The notes beneath the pieces were generated by a model, which saw only the letters and a list, made by a program, of their open reading frames with translations, had not been told where the DNA came from and ran no database searches. Positions 1 through 9,218 of a stretch of DNA of 53,368 bases are shown piece after piece (position 1 is the stretch's first letter; each line of letters opens with the position of its first letter). Source of the DNA: Myxococcales bacterium (GTDB lineage: Bacteria > Myxococcota > Myxococcia > Myxococcales > 40CM-4-68-19); the NCBI GenBank assembly GCA_036488495.1, contig DASXHM010000350.1:1-53368 (forward strand), given 5' to 3'. The translations under genes and the position numbers were made by a program.

Positions 1-219
1 GCCGTGGAAGAGCGCGTCTCGCTCAGCCCGGACGCGCTCACCGGCATGGAGCAGAACTACCGCTTCGCCGGCCCCGAGACGCTGGCTTCGAAAATCTTCG
101 GCCGCCTGTCGGCCTGGCAGAACTGGATCTTCATCCGCCCCAACGCGACCGGCGAGCGCGGCGCGTTGACCATGTACGGCAAGCCCGAGCGGCCGCAGTT
201 CGACACCCGGAGGACGTAA
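1..219 (+). CDS. 3' end of a gene running off the left edge; by position possibly boxC (2,3-epoxybenzoyl-CoA dihydrolase), partial
   Basis: Frame is open from base 1. TAA at 217-219 lies 3 nt before the boxB ATG. Identity rests only on the usual boxC-boxB adjacency; the ~72 C-terminal residues carry no motif I can name. Confidence 0.3.
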   Translation, partial: AVEERVSLSPDALTGMEQNYRFAGPETLASKIFGRLSAWQNWIFIRPNATGERGALTMYGKPERPQFDTRRT

Positions 220-222
220 AGC

Positions 223-1635
223 ATGGCGCAGTCTCTCGAGAGCATCCCCAACAACGTCGACCTCTCCTCGGACCGGCGCCTCCAGCGCGCGCTCGAGCAG
301 TGGCAGCCGAACTTCCTCTCCTGGTGGAAGGAAGTGGGCCCGGACGGATTTCAAGCCCATCAGGTTTATTTGCGGACCGCCATCAGTGTGGAAGCCAATG
401 GCTGGGCGCACTTCGACTACGTGCGCATGCCCGACTACCGCTGGGGCATCTTTCTCGAGCCGCACGACGGCGAGCGCAAGATCGGCTTCGGCGACGTGAT
501 GGGCGAGCCGGTCTGGACCGACGTGCCCGGCGAGCATCGCAACGCGCTCCGCCGCATCATCGTCACCCAGGCGGACACCGAGCCCGCCTCCGTCGAGCAG
601 CAGCGGCTCCTCGGCAAGACCTGCCCCTCGATGTACGACCTGCGCAATCTCTTCCAGGTCAACGTCGAAGAAGGCCGCCACCTCTGGGCCATGGTCTACC
701 TGCTCCACCGGTTCTTCGGCCGCGACGGCCGCGAGGAAGCCGACGAGCTGCTCCAGCGCCGTTCCGGCTCTTCCGACAAGCCGCGCATCCTCAATGCGTT
801 CAACGAGCCCATCGACGACTGGCTCTCGTTCTTCATGTTCGCGATGTTCACCGACCGCGACGGCAAGTACCAGCTCGCGGCGTTGGCGCAGTCGGGCTTC
901 GATCCGCTGGCGCGCACGACGCGCTTCATGCTCACCGAAGAGGCGCACCACCTCTTCGTCGGCGAAACCGGCGTTGACCGCGTGGTGCAAAGGACCGCGG
1001 AACTGATGGCCAAAGGCTCGGATCCGCGGACCGAGCTCGCGGTTCCGTTCGCGATGATCCAGAAGTACATCAATCTCTGGTTCACGCTCTCGCTCGATCT
1101 CTTCGGCGGCGAAGTGTCGTCGAACGCGGCCGACTTCTTCGCCGCCGGCCTGAAGGGCCGCTTCCGCGAGGACACCCTCGATGAGCACAAGGCGATGGGC
1201 CAGAGCTACAAGCTGGAAGTCCCGGAGAACGGCAAGCTGGTCGAGCAGGAAGTGCCGCTGCGCAACGCGATGAACGAGGTGCTGCGCGACGAGTACGTCA
1301 AGGATTGCCAGCGCGCGGTCGAGCGCTGGAACAAGACACTGCAGAAGGCGGGCGTCACCGGCATGAGCTTCCGGCTGCCGAACCGCCGCTTCCACCGCGG
1401 CGTCGGCCCCAATGCCGGCTTCTTCTTCGATCCCGACGGCCGCTGGCTCTTGGAGGCAGAGTTCAAGGCCCGCGAAAGCGACTGGCTGCCGACGCAGGAA
1501 GACCGGGTCTACGTGAAGTCGCTCATGCATCCGGTCATCGAGCGGGGGAAGTTCGCCTCGTGGATCGCGCCGCCTTCGAAGGGGATTGACGGCAAGCCGA
1601 TCGACTTCGAGTACGTCAAGCCACCGCAGGCCTGA
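223..1635 (+). CDS. boxB: benzoyl-CoA oxygenase (2,3-epoxidase) component B, di-iron protein
   Basis: 470-aa ORF with high GC3. Two ExxH di-iron motifs ('VEEGRHLWAM', 'LTEEAHHLFVG'). Overall sequence matches BoxB as I recall it. Confidence 0.88.
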   Translation: MAQSLESIPNNVDLSSDRRLQRALEQWQPNFLSWWKEVGPDGFQAHQVYLRTAISVEANGWAHFDYVRMPDYRWGIFLEPHDGERKIGFGDVMGEPVWTDVPGEHRNALRRIIVTQADTEPASVEQQRLLGKTCPSMYDLRNLFQVNVEEGRHLWAMVYLLHRFFGRDGREEADELLQRRSGSSDKPRILNAFNEPIDDWLSFFMFAMFTDRDGKYQLAALAQSGFDPLARTTRFMLTEEAHHLFVGETGVDRVVQRTAELMAKGSDPRTELAVPFAMIQKYINLWFTLSLDLFGGEVSSNAADFFAAGLKGRFREDTLDEHKAMGQSYKLEVPENGKLVEQEVPLRNAMNEVLRDEYVKDCQRAVERWNKTLQKAGVTGMSFRLPNRRFHRGVGPNAGFFFDPDGRWLLEAEFKARESDWLPTQEDRVYVKSLMHPVIERGKFASWIAPPSKGIDGKPIDFEYVKPPQA

Positions 1636-1684
1636 GAACGCAGCGCGGTAGCGCCGCCGCAGACGATCGCCGCAACCTCGCCGA

Positions 1685-1849
1685 TCATTTCGTCTTCGCG
1701 GCTCGCGCGATGACAGAAGCGGGATCGCCCGTCGCGACCACATCGCGCAGGAATTGACGCACCATCTCTTGCAAGGTCGACCGCCGACGGACCGCTTCGC
1801 GGCGCGCGCGCCGCAGAACCTCCGCTTTGATCCGGACCGTGATCTTCAC
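1685..1849 (-). CDS. small ribbon-helix-helix (VapB/CopG-like) antitoxin-type protein, 54 aa, no toxin partner
   Basis: Not in the ORF track because it is under 60 aa. Own translation: VKITVRIKAEVLRRARREAVRRRSTLQEMVRQFLRDVVATGDPASVIARAAKTK*. This is the typical beta-strand plus two-helix RHH N-terminus. GTG start with no obvious SD. Confidence 0.4.
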   Translation of the reverse strand: MKITVRIKAEVLRRARREAVRRRSTLQEMVRQFLRDVVATGDPASVIARAAKTK

Positions 1850-1926
1850 GACGGGGATGTTACGAGATCATCGCGGCGCGTTTCAATCGTCTCGATATCG
1901 TATTGGCGGGTTCCCGAGCGGCCGGA

Positions 1927-2421
1927 CTAGCGGTGGCAGCCGGTGCCGAAGGCCAGCGCGACTCCGCCGCCCGGCCGCACGTGCACCGGATCGCTCGCCA
2001 GCGGCTCGATCCAATCCGGCCCGATCAGCGCCTCGTAGCCGCAAGGCCCGTCGTGGAACAGCAGCCGCAGTTGCGCGCGTGCGATGAACAGCGCCGCGCC
2101 GCGGGACTGGCCGTCGAAGTCCGACGAGACCACCAGCGCCACAGGCTTCGAGAACAGCCACGCGCCGAGGAGCCCGCCGCCGCCCAAGATCGAGGCGACC
2201 CGCGTGCCGCGCGGCGTCTGCCCGGCCCAACTGACGCCGAGCTGCAGCGAAAAGCCGGCTCGGAGCTGCTTGCCGAACTCGGCGCTGAACTGCGCCTGCG
2301 TCGTCTCGAAGCGGTCGGTCACGAGCCACACGTCGCCGCCGACGTCGCGGAAGTTCGGACGGTGCAGGCCTCCGTCGTCGGCGCGCGCGGCAAAGGCGAT
2401 CGCGAGGATGGCGCAGCACAT
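1927..2421 (-). CDS. secreted hypothetical protein
   Basis: Track ORF 1927..2496, with the internal ATG at 2421 chosen. It gives the signal peptide 'MCCAILAIAFAARADD' and has GGTGGA 9 nt upstream. The mature part alternates hydrophobic and polar residues (beta-rich). Confidence 0.55.
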   Translation of the reverse strand: MCCAILAIAFAARADDGGLHRPNFRDVGGDVWLVTDRFETTQAQFSAEFGKQLRAGFSLQLGVSWAGQTPRGTRVASILGGGGLLGAWLFSKPVALVVSSDFDGQSRGAALFIARAQLRLLFHDGPCGYEALIGPDWIEPLASDPVHVRPGGGVALAFGTGCHR

Positions 2422-2560
2422 CCGGATTTTCCACCGGCAGACCCGTACCGGCTGCGACGGCCTCGCGCGACAATCCATCGAATGCACCTCGGCCACCTAC
2501 CACGCTGCGCGGAACGTCGCTTGACGCCGTCGCCGCGCGCGTGGCACGTCGCGCTCGCGC

Positions 2561-4285
2561 ATGGCGGAGACCCACGACAACGTCGGCCGCTTCGCGCTGA
2601 TGCGCGCGATTCCGCGCAGGGTCTCCTGGCTCGACCTCGCCGTCCTCTCCTTTCTCGGGCTCTGCGCCTACGGCGTGGCGCGGCTCGCGGGCGAATGGCG
2701 CGCGCCCCTGCGCGAAGCGGTGGTCATCGACCAGAGCCTTCGCTCGCTGCCGCTCTACACCTTCTTCTCGCTCTGCCGAGGCCTGGCCGCCTTCGCGCTG
2801 AGCTTCTTCTTCACCCTCGTGTACGGCTACGTCGCGGCGCGGGTCCGCCTCGCCGACCGGGTGCTTTTGCCGCTACTCGATATCCTACAATCAATACCGG
2901 TTCTCGGCTTCATGCCCGGCGTCGTCCTGGCCATGGCGGCGCTCTTCCCGCATTCAAACGCCGGGCTCGAGCTGGCCGCCATCCTGATGATCTTCACCGG
3001 CCAAGTCTGGAACATGACCTTCAGCTTTTATCACTCGCTCCGCGCCATTCCGCCGGAGCTGATGGAGGCCGCGTCCATCTACCGCTTCGGCTGGTGGCGA
3101 AGATTCACCCGCATCGAATTGCCCTACTCCACCGTCGGCCTGGTCTGGAACGGCATGATGAGCATGGCCGGCGGCTGGTTCTTCCTCACCATCAACGAAG
3201 CCTTCCGGTTGGGCGACCGCGACTTCCGCCTCCCCGGCGTCGGCGCGTACATGAGCGTCGCCATCGATTCGGGCAACGGAAAGGCGCAGTTCGCGGCTGT
3301 GGTGGCGATGATCGTGATGATCGTCGTCGTCGATCAGCTCTTCTGGCGGCCGCTCGTGGCCTGGAGCGAGAAGTTCAAGTTCGAGGACGTGGGCGGCGGC
3401 GAGCCGGCGTCGTCGTGGGTGCTGGATCTGCTCCGGCGGTCGGAGTTGTTTCGCGGGTTCGGACGGTGGCTCGCGGGGCTGTTCAAGCGCGCCCCGAAGC
3501 CGGCCATGAGAGCCAGCGCACCGGCCAGCGCTCGAAAGACCTCGCCCGGTTTCTTCGTCGTCGCAGGCGTGCTCGGCATCGCCTGCGTTTGGGGCACCTT
3601 GCGGCTCGTCGAATTGCTCTCACACCTGCATGCATCCGCATGGCGGGACATCGCCACCGCCTCGGGCCTGACGCTCGTGCGCACCAGCGCCGCGGTGGTG
3701 CTCGGCTCCATCTGGACCATCCCCGCCGGCATCTACATCGGCACCCATCCCAAGGCGAGCCGCTTGCTGCAGCCCATCGTCCAGATCGCTGCTTCATTCC
3801 CCGCGCCGATGCTCTTTCCGGTCGTGCTCGCGGGCCTCGCGGCGCTGCGCGTCTCGCTCGGATTCGGGTCCATCGCGCTGATGGTGCTGGGCACGCAGTG
3901 GTACATCCTCTTCAACGTCATCGCCGGAGCCATGTCCATCCCGCACGACCTCGTCGAGGCCGCGCAGATCTTCCGCTACGGCCGGCCGCAGCGCTGGCGC
4001 CTGTTGATGTTGCCGGGCGTGTTTCCCACCCTCGTCACCGGCTGGGTGACGGCCGCCGGCGGCGCTTGGAACGCGAGCATCGTCGCCGAGTACGTCCATG
4101 AAGGGTCGCACGTCCTCAAGACGCACGGGCTGGGCGCGCTCATCTCCACCGCCGCGGAACAAGGCGACCTGCCGCTGCTCGCCGCGGGCGTGTTGGCGAT
4201 GGCCGGCCTCGTCGTCCTGGTCAATCGGCTTTTTTGGAAACAGCTTTATACGCTCGCGGAGCGGAAGTATTCGCTCGGGCGATAG
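2561..4285 (+). CDS. ABC transporter permease, fused double permease (nitrate/sulfonate/bicarbonate-type)
   Basis: 574 aa with about 12 hydrophobic segments arranged as two repeated halves, each with a binding-protein-dependent transport inner-membrane signature. An ABC ATPase follows directly. Confidence 0.85.
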   Translation: MAETHDNVGRFALMRAIPRRVSWLDLAVLSFLGLCAYGVARLAGEWRAPLREAVVIDQSLRSLPLYTFFSLCRGLAAFALSFFFTLVYGYVAARVRLADRVLLPLLDILQSIPVLGFMPGVVLAMAALFPHSNAGLELAAILMIFTGQVWNMTFSFYHSLRAIPPELMEAASIYRFGWWRRFTRIELPYSTVGLVWNGMMSMAGGWFFLTINEAFRLGDRDFRLPGVGAYMSVAIDSGNGKAQFAAVVAMIVMIVVVDQLFWRPLVAWSEKFKFEDVGGGEPASSWVLDLLRRSELFRGFGRWLAGLFKRAPKPAMRASAPASARKTSPGFFVVAGVLGIACVWGTLRLVELLSHLHASAWRDIATASGLTLVRTSAAVVLGSIWTIPAGIYIGTHPKASRLLQPIVQIAASFPAPMLFPVVLAGLAALRVSLGFGSIALMVLGTQWYILFNVIAGAMSIPHDLVEAAQIFRYGRPQRWRLLMLPGVFPTLVTGWVTAAGGAWNASIVAEYVHEGSHVLKTHGLGALISTAAEQGDLPLLAAGVLAMAGLVVLVNRLFWKQLYTLAERKYSLGR

Positions 4286-4294
4286 GAGACTCTC

Positions 4295-5575
4295 GTGGAC
4301 GTCATCTGCGACCTGCAAAAGATCGACAAAGATTTCGCGCTGCCGAGCGGCGGGACGGTGCGGGTCTTGGAGAACGTCTCGTTGGAAGTGCGCGACCGCG
4401 AGCTAATCGCGGTGCTCGGCCCGTCCGGCTGCGGCAAGAGCACGCTGATGCGCATCCTCGCCGGGCTCATCCATCCCGACGGCGGTGAGGTGCAGTACCG
4501 CGGAACGAAGCTGGACGGCATCAACCCCGGCGTCGCCATCGTCTTCCAAGGCGCTGCTCTTTATCCCTGGCTGACCGTTCGGCAGAACATCGTCGAGCCG
4601 TTGAAAGCGCGCGGGCTCGAGGAGGCGAAGGCCCAGGAAACGGCCATGCGCGTCATTCGAGTCGTCGGCCTGGCGGGTTTCGAGGAAGCCTTCCCGCGCG
4701 AATTGTCCGGCGGAATGAAGCAGCGGGTGGGCATCGCGCGCGCGCTCGCGGTGGAGCCGGAGATCCTCTGCATGGACGAGCCGTTCAGCCAGGTGGACGC
4801 GCTCACCGCCGAGACCTTGCGCAGTGAAGTGGTGCGCTTCTGGGACAACAAGGATTCCAATCCGAAGACCATCTTCATGGTCAGCCACGACGTGAAGGAA
4901 GTGGTGTTCATGGCGACGCGCATCGTGGTGCTGGCGGCGCGTCCGGGGCGCATCCGGCGGATTTTCGAAAACAAGCTTCCTTATCCGCGCGATTATCGAT
5001 CGCCGGCGTTCGGACGGCTGGTCGATCAAATCCACGCGGTCATCACCGAAACCGAGATTCCCGACCTGCCGGAGACTGCCGCTGCCGCTACCGCCTGGGA
5101 GCCGCTTCCGCCGGTTTCATTCACCGAAGTGATCGGCCTTCTGGAAATGCTCGACAACCGCGGCGGCCGCGAGAACGTGTTCGGGCTGGCCGAGGATCTC
5201 GGCCGCGAGTTCGGGCACGTCCTCGGTGTCGTGAAAGCCGCCGAATTGATCGACCTTGTCGACACGCCCAAGCAGGAAGTGGTCATCACCGACATCGGCC
5301 GCGCTCTGTTGAAAGCGAGCGTCGCCGACCGGAAGACGATGTTCCGCGAGCGCGCGCTGCAGCTTCGGATCATCGCGGAAGTGTACGAGCAGATCCACCG
5401 CGCCGACGGCAAGCTGGACGAGGACGTGGTGCTCTCCACGGCCGCGCTCCGGCTGCCGTACGAAGATCCGGAACGGCTCTTGAAGACCCTGGTCGGCTGG
5501 GCCCGCAACGCCGACTTGTTCGACTACGACCCCGAACGCCACCTGCTGTTCATCGATCAGCCCGCTGCGCAATAG
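4295..5575 (+). CDS. ABC transporter ATP-binding protein (NitT/TauT type) with C-terminal AAA-associated domain
   Basis: Walker A 'GPSGCGKST', signature 'LSGGMKQR', Walker B 'ILCMDEPFS'. A ~170-aa C-terminal extension is typical of this subfamily. Confidence 0.9.
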   Translation: MDVICDLQKIDKDFALPSGGTVRVLENVSLEVRDRELIAVLGPSGCGKSTLMRILAGLIHPDGGEVQYRGTKLDGINPGVAIVFQGAALYPWLTVRQNIVEPLKARGLEEAKAQETAMRVIRVVGLAGFEEAFPRELSGGMKQRVGIARALAVEPEILCMDEPFSQVDALTAETLRSEVVRFWDNKDSNPKTIFMVSHDVKEVVFMATRIVVLAARPGRIRRIFENKLPYPRDYRSPAFGRLVDQIHAVITETEIPDLPETAAAATAWEPLPPVSFTEVIGLLEMLDNRGGRENVFGLAEDLGREFGHVLGVVKAAELIDLVDTPKQEVVITDIGRALLKASVADRKTMFRERALQLRIIAEVYEQIHRADGKLDEDVVLSTAALRLPYEDPERLLKTLVGWARNADLFDYDPERHLLFIDQPAAQ

Positions 5576-5776
5576 CGCGGCCGTCCCGCCGGCGGGATAT
5601 GGTCAATCAGGAACGGGGCGCAGATGACGACAAACACGAGCGGCGTCCGCAACCACACGCGCGCCGTCGCGACGAAGAGGTCGTTGAGAAACAGGTGACT
5701 GCGGTGTGCCTCGGCCTATCTTCTTATTGTCGTTCCGGGCATTCTCCTGCATCTGCGTTGGTGGGTCGTCGGGCCG

Positions 5777-6043
5777 GTGGCGGTCGAAGAAAATCGGGCG
5801 GGGTCGCGAGATCGAAGCCGCGCACTGACCGAAGGTCAGCTCGGCACGCTCTTCGTTTTCATCGTCCTCACGAGTGTGGCGTACATCCTCGTTCAACGCA
5901 CGTTTCCCAGCTACGGCGCAAGGTTCGTGGCGGCGACGGTCGTCGTTTCCTTCCAGAGCATCGCCATGTGCGTCGCGTACCAGCGCTTGCGCCCCGCGGA
6001 GCTCTCGGTCGGGTTGACGCCAGCGCCCGCTACCCTTCCCTGA
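5777..6043 (+). CDS. small hypothetical membrane protein (two predicted TM helices)
   Basis: 88-aa GTG ORF. GC3 is high across 'GTLFVFIVLTSVAYILV' and 'FVAATVVVSFQSIAMCVAY'. The start is uncertain. The 3' end overlaps the thyX stop by 14 nt (convergent). Confidence 0.35.
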   Translation: MAVEENRAGSRDRSRALTEGQLGTLFVFIVLTSVAYILVQRTFPSYGARFVAATVVVSFQSIAMCVAYQRLRPAELSVGLTPAPATLP

Positions 6044-6857
6044 AGCTCTCCGCGGCGATGAAGTCTTCCTCGTTCAAGTCGCGCATCGGCTTCCCCGCCT
6101 CGTTCCGCACCCGCTTGAACACCTCGATCACCTGCAGCTTGTGCGGCCGAGAGTTCGACAGCGGGCACGCTTCGTACGCCTTCACTTCCTCGTCGCAGTA
6201 CCCCATGCGCTTCTCGCCGCACTTCGGCTGGAGAAACCGCGCCAGCTCCGGGACGGCCCGCATCAATTCCGCGCGCATCTTGGCGATCATCTGGCGGATC
6301 TCCCACTGCGCCCGGGTGCACAACCGCAAGTCCGCGATGTGCAGGAGCTCGGCGAAGTTCACCATGATCTGGAAGTTCGTCGGCGCCGCGTTGGGCAGGA
6401 CGAAGCGCGCGTCCTCGGCGGGAATGCCCGCCGCCACCGCCTCGCGGTAGACGCGGGTGATCTCCTCCATCAGCTTCTCGAAGCGGTCCGCCTGGCCGTG
6501 GTCCTTCCACGACTCAGGCATCACGTACTCGAGGCGCTCCTCGTTCTTGCCGGTGAAGCGCACGTACCTCTGCGACTGCTGCTCGAAGGAAATTCCAATC
6601 CGATGGCGGACGAACTGGTGGCTCAAAGAGCGCGAGACGCCCGAGATGCCGAACCAGAACACCACCTGCTCGAGCGGCGAGACGTGGCCGGTCTTGAGCC
6701 GCTCCTCGACGAACTGGGCGATCTTCTCCCGGCTGACGGTGCCGCCCGCGATGTCGTCCCACACTTCGCGCGGCGTCTTGGGGGTGTAGCAGGTCCGGTA
6801 AGCGCCGTAGAGCTTGACCAGCGGATCGCTTGCCATGTCGATGAGGACGACGTCCAT
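6030..6857 (-). CDS. thyX: FAD-dependent thymidylate synthase
   Basis: ThyX motif 'RHRIGISFEQQSQRY' and family-typical length (275 aa). Confidence 0.92.
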   Translation of the reverse strand: MDVVLIDMASDPLVKLYGAYRTCYTPKTPREVWDDIAGGTVSREKIAQFVEERLKTGHVSPLEQVVFWFGISGVSRSLSHQFVRHRIGISFEQQSQRYVRFTGKNEERLEYVMPESWKDHGQADRFEKLMEEITRVYREAVAAGIPAEDARFVLPNAAPTNFQIMVNFAELLHIADLRLCTRAQWEIRQMIAKMRAELMRAVPELARFLQPKCGEKRMGYCDEEVKAYEACPLSNSRPHKLQVIEVFKRVRNEAGKPMRDLNEEDFIAAESFREG

Positions 6858-6907
6858 CCGCGCTTTGTACCTTGTTTTCCGCCCGCCGATGTGGACAACA
6901 AACGAGG

Positions 6908-7984
6908 ATGCTCTACGTCCTCTCCGACCTGCACCTGGACGAGCGCGGCGAGCCGCGGATGTTCGCCGACGAGCGGCAGGGACGCGCGCTCAAGGCGCTC
7001 TGTGAGCGCATCGCCAACGACGAAGAGGGAGAGCTCGTCCTCTTGGGCGACACCTTCGACTTCACCTCGATGGTCCCGCCGGACTACGGCCTCGAGCGCT
7101 TCTTCCGCCGCCTCGACGTGCCGCTCGAGCCCAAGCCCAAGCGCACCCTCTTCGAGCTGCTCCACGCAGTTCAGGAGAGCAATCCCGTCACCTTCGATGC
7201 CCTGCAGACGCTGGGGAAGAAGCGCAAGATCACCATCGTCGCCGGCAACCACGACCACCAGATTCGCCAGGTCCGCGACGTAGGCTTCCAGGCCGAGATC
7301 GTCGAGTCCTGCGAGCGGACCATCGGCGAAAAGCGGCTGGTCCTGCAGCACGGCCACGAGCAGGACCCGGGCAACCGCGAACCGGGCGGCTCAGGCGAGC
7401 AGATGACCCGCTGCGTGCACCAGGGCGTGATTCCGTACCTCCTCCACCACGGCGCCCGCCGCAACGTCCGCATGGACGTGGGCCGCATCGTCGCGCTGCG
7501 GCCGGAGGAGGCGACCATCTCGGTCCTGCAGCGGTGGCTGGACGAGCCGACGTTCAAGAAGTTCTTCCGCGCCTTCGTCGATCTGCTGGCGGACAACGGC
7601 TATCTGCCGAAGCCCGTCACCTTCCTCGCCAAGATGATCAGCGTGAACCGGGTGCGCGCGGCGGTGGCCAAGGCGGATCTGACCTGGGAGCACACCGGCT
7701 CCTTTGCCATCGAGCTCTTGCAGGGAAAGCGCAAGCTGCCGCACGGCGCGCGCAATCCGGATGTGCTCGTCTTCGGCCACACCCACGTGCTCGACTGGGC
7801 GGCCGAGGACGACAAGCTCTACGTGAACCTCGGCACCTGGACCGAGCGCGCGCTCGACGGGAACTCGCCGCAGGACCGGACGCTGCCGCTCCTCACCTTT
7901 TCCGCGCCGGAAGGGCGACTGCAGGCGAAGCTGGACGATCTGGAGAGCGGCCTCGAGCTGCAGCGGTACAACCAGCCCGGTTAG
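6908..7984 (+). CDS. metallophosphoesterase (calcineurin-like), paralogue A
   Basis: Motifs 'SDLHLDE', 'LLGDTFD', 'AGNHDH', 'QHGH', 'FGHTHV'. The internal ATG at 6908 gives the family-typical N-terminus 'MLYVLSDLHL'. Confidence 0.8.
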   Translation: MLYVLSDLHLDERGEPRMFADERQGRALKALCERIANDEEGELVLLGDTFDFTSMVPPDYGLERFFRRLDVPLEPKPKRTLFELLHAVQESNPVTFDALQTLGKKRKITIVAGNHDHQIRQVRDVGFQAEIVESCERTIGEKRLVLQHGHEQDPGNREPGGSGEQMTRCVHQGVIPYLLHHGARRNVRMDVGRIVALRPEEATISVLQRWLDEPTFKKFFRAFVDLLADNGYLPKPVTFLAKMISVNRVRAAVAKADLTWEHTGSFAIELLQGKRKLPHGARNPDVLVFGHTHVLDWAAEDDKLYVNLGTWTERALDGNSPQDRTLPLLTFSAPEGRLQAKLDDLESGLELQRYNQPG

Positions 7985-8787
7985 GCGGAGGTCAGCGCGT
8001 ACCCGACCAGGTGCCAGTTGCCGTCCTTGCCGAGCATCTCCGAAACCACTTCCTCGGCGTGCGCCTTGCTCATGTACTTCGAGTGGAAGCGGTTGATGAT
8101 GAACTTGCCTTTGGGCCCGCCGGTGATGGCGGTCGTCTGCACCACCGCGAACTGCTGCCGGCTTTCCAGCGACCCGAAAGAAGAGCGCTGATCGGCGATC
8201 TTCTTCGTCCACTCCTCGCGGGTGACCGACTTCTTCACCGCCGGATCGAGCTCGTCGTAGGTCTTGTCGATTTTCCCGCTGTCGAGCAGGGCGAGGAAGT
8301 CCTTCACGTTCTGAGCCACTTCCTTCTGCGCAGCGAGATCGCGCTCGTCCACGTCCTTCTGCTCGGTCAGCTTGGGGAACGGCGCATCGTCGTTCTCGTG
8401 CAGCCGCGTCCAGGTGCCGTCTTCGCCGCGCGTATAGACGAGGTTCCAGTCGGTGGACTGGCTCACCTTCTGCGAGGGGTCGTAGCCGAGCTTCGCCAAG
8501 ACCGCCTCCAGCTTGTCGTTGCTCGCCTCTGCCTGCGCGCGGGCGAATTCGAACAGCTCGTCGGCGGCAGCGGTCAGCGTGGGAAAGTCGCGCGCGTAGC
8601 TGATGTACGAGACGCCCAGCCCCGCCGGTTTGCCCTTCTCGAAGATGGGCCCGATCTGCAGGACTTTGTAGGTGTGACCGGACTGCACGGTCACGAGCGA
8701 ATACTGGTCGGGCCATTTCACCGCCGGCGCCTTCTTCTTGCAGCCGAAGGCAACCGCGAGCAACGCGACGAGCACGAGCCGTTTCAT
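7981..8787 (-). CDS. lipoprotein of unknown function
   Basis: Internal ATG at 8787 gives 'MKRLVLVALLAVAFGC' (signal peptide plus lipobox). High GC3. Its stop overlaps the end of the convergent phosphoesterase gene. Confidence 0.7.
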   Translation of the reverse strand: MKRLVLVALLAVAFGCKKKAPAVKWPDQYSLVTVQSGHTYKVLQIGPIFEKGKPAGLGVSYISYARDFPTLTAAADELFEFARAQAEASNDKLEAVLAKLGYDPSQKVSQSTDWNLVYTRGEDGTWTRLHENDDAPFPKLTEQKDVDERDLAAQKEVAQNVKDFLALLDSGKIDKTYDELDPAVKKSVTREEWTKKIADQRSSFGSLESRQQFAVVQTTAITGGPKGKFIINRFHSKYMSKAHAEEVVSEMLGKDGNWHLVGYALTSA

Positions 8788-8852
8788 GGGTCGCCACTCT
8801 ATGCGAGGCGCGCCCGCCTTTAAAAGTGTCTTTCTGCTACCTTCGCAAAGGA

Positions 8853-9218
8853 ATGGTGCCCATCGTCCTCGTGGCCACAGGCGGCGCCCTCGGAGCCGTC
8901 GCACGGTACCTGGTGGGAACGGTGCTGAACCGCGGGAGCTGGCCGGTCGGAACCCTGGTCATCAACGCCAGCGGTTGCTTCTTGATCGCGCTGTTTCTCA
9001 CCCTCGCGAGCGAGCGCGCTCCTTGGCTTGCGGGCGGGTTTCGTTACTTCTTCCCCATCGGCTTCGTCGGCGCGTACACCACCTTTTCGACGTACGAATA
9101 CGAGCTGTGGCGGATGGTGTCGCTCGGGGAGATGGCGGCTGCGTTCGGATACTTCGTCGCCTCGAACGTGCTCGGGTTCGGCGGAATCCTGCTCGGCGCG
9201 TGGGTGGCGCGCAGATGA
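8853..9218 (+). CDS. crcB: fluoride ion channel CrcB/FluC
   Basis: Four TM segments with 'GGALGAVARY' and 'GFVGAYTTFSTY' motifs typical of CrcB. ATG 8853 chosen to give 'MVPIVLVATGG'. Confidence 0.88.
   Translation: MVPIVLVATGGALGAVARYLVGTVLNRGSWPVGTLVINASGCFLIALFLTLASERAPWLAGGFRYFFPIGFVGAYTTFSTYEYELWRMVSLGEMAAAFGYFVASNVLGFGGILLGAWVARR

Noticed and set aside
1903-4101. 732-aa plus-strand ORF (also 1883..2575 minus, 230 aa)
   Set aside because: The translation is Arg/Pro/Ala/Gly-rich low complexity. It runs out of frame across the well-supported ABC permease gene. This is a typical shadow ORF of very GC-rich DNA.
5603-5896. 97-aa minus-strand ORF downstream of thyX
   Set aside because: GC3 falls off over its second half, and the product is a charged low-complexity peptide. 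The overlapping plus-strand two-TM ORF has better coding statistics.
8788-8852. Expected fluoride (crcB-motif) riboswitch upstream of crcB
   Set aside because: The 65-nt spacer lacks the conserved GGNGAUGG...CUGAUGAU-type blocks I remember. It is also too short to hold both the riboswitch and the divergent lipoprotein promoter.
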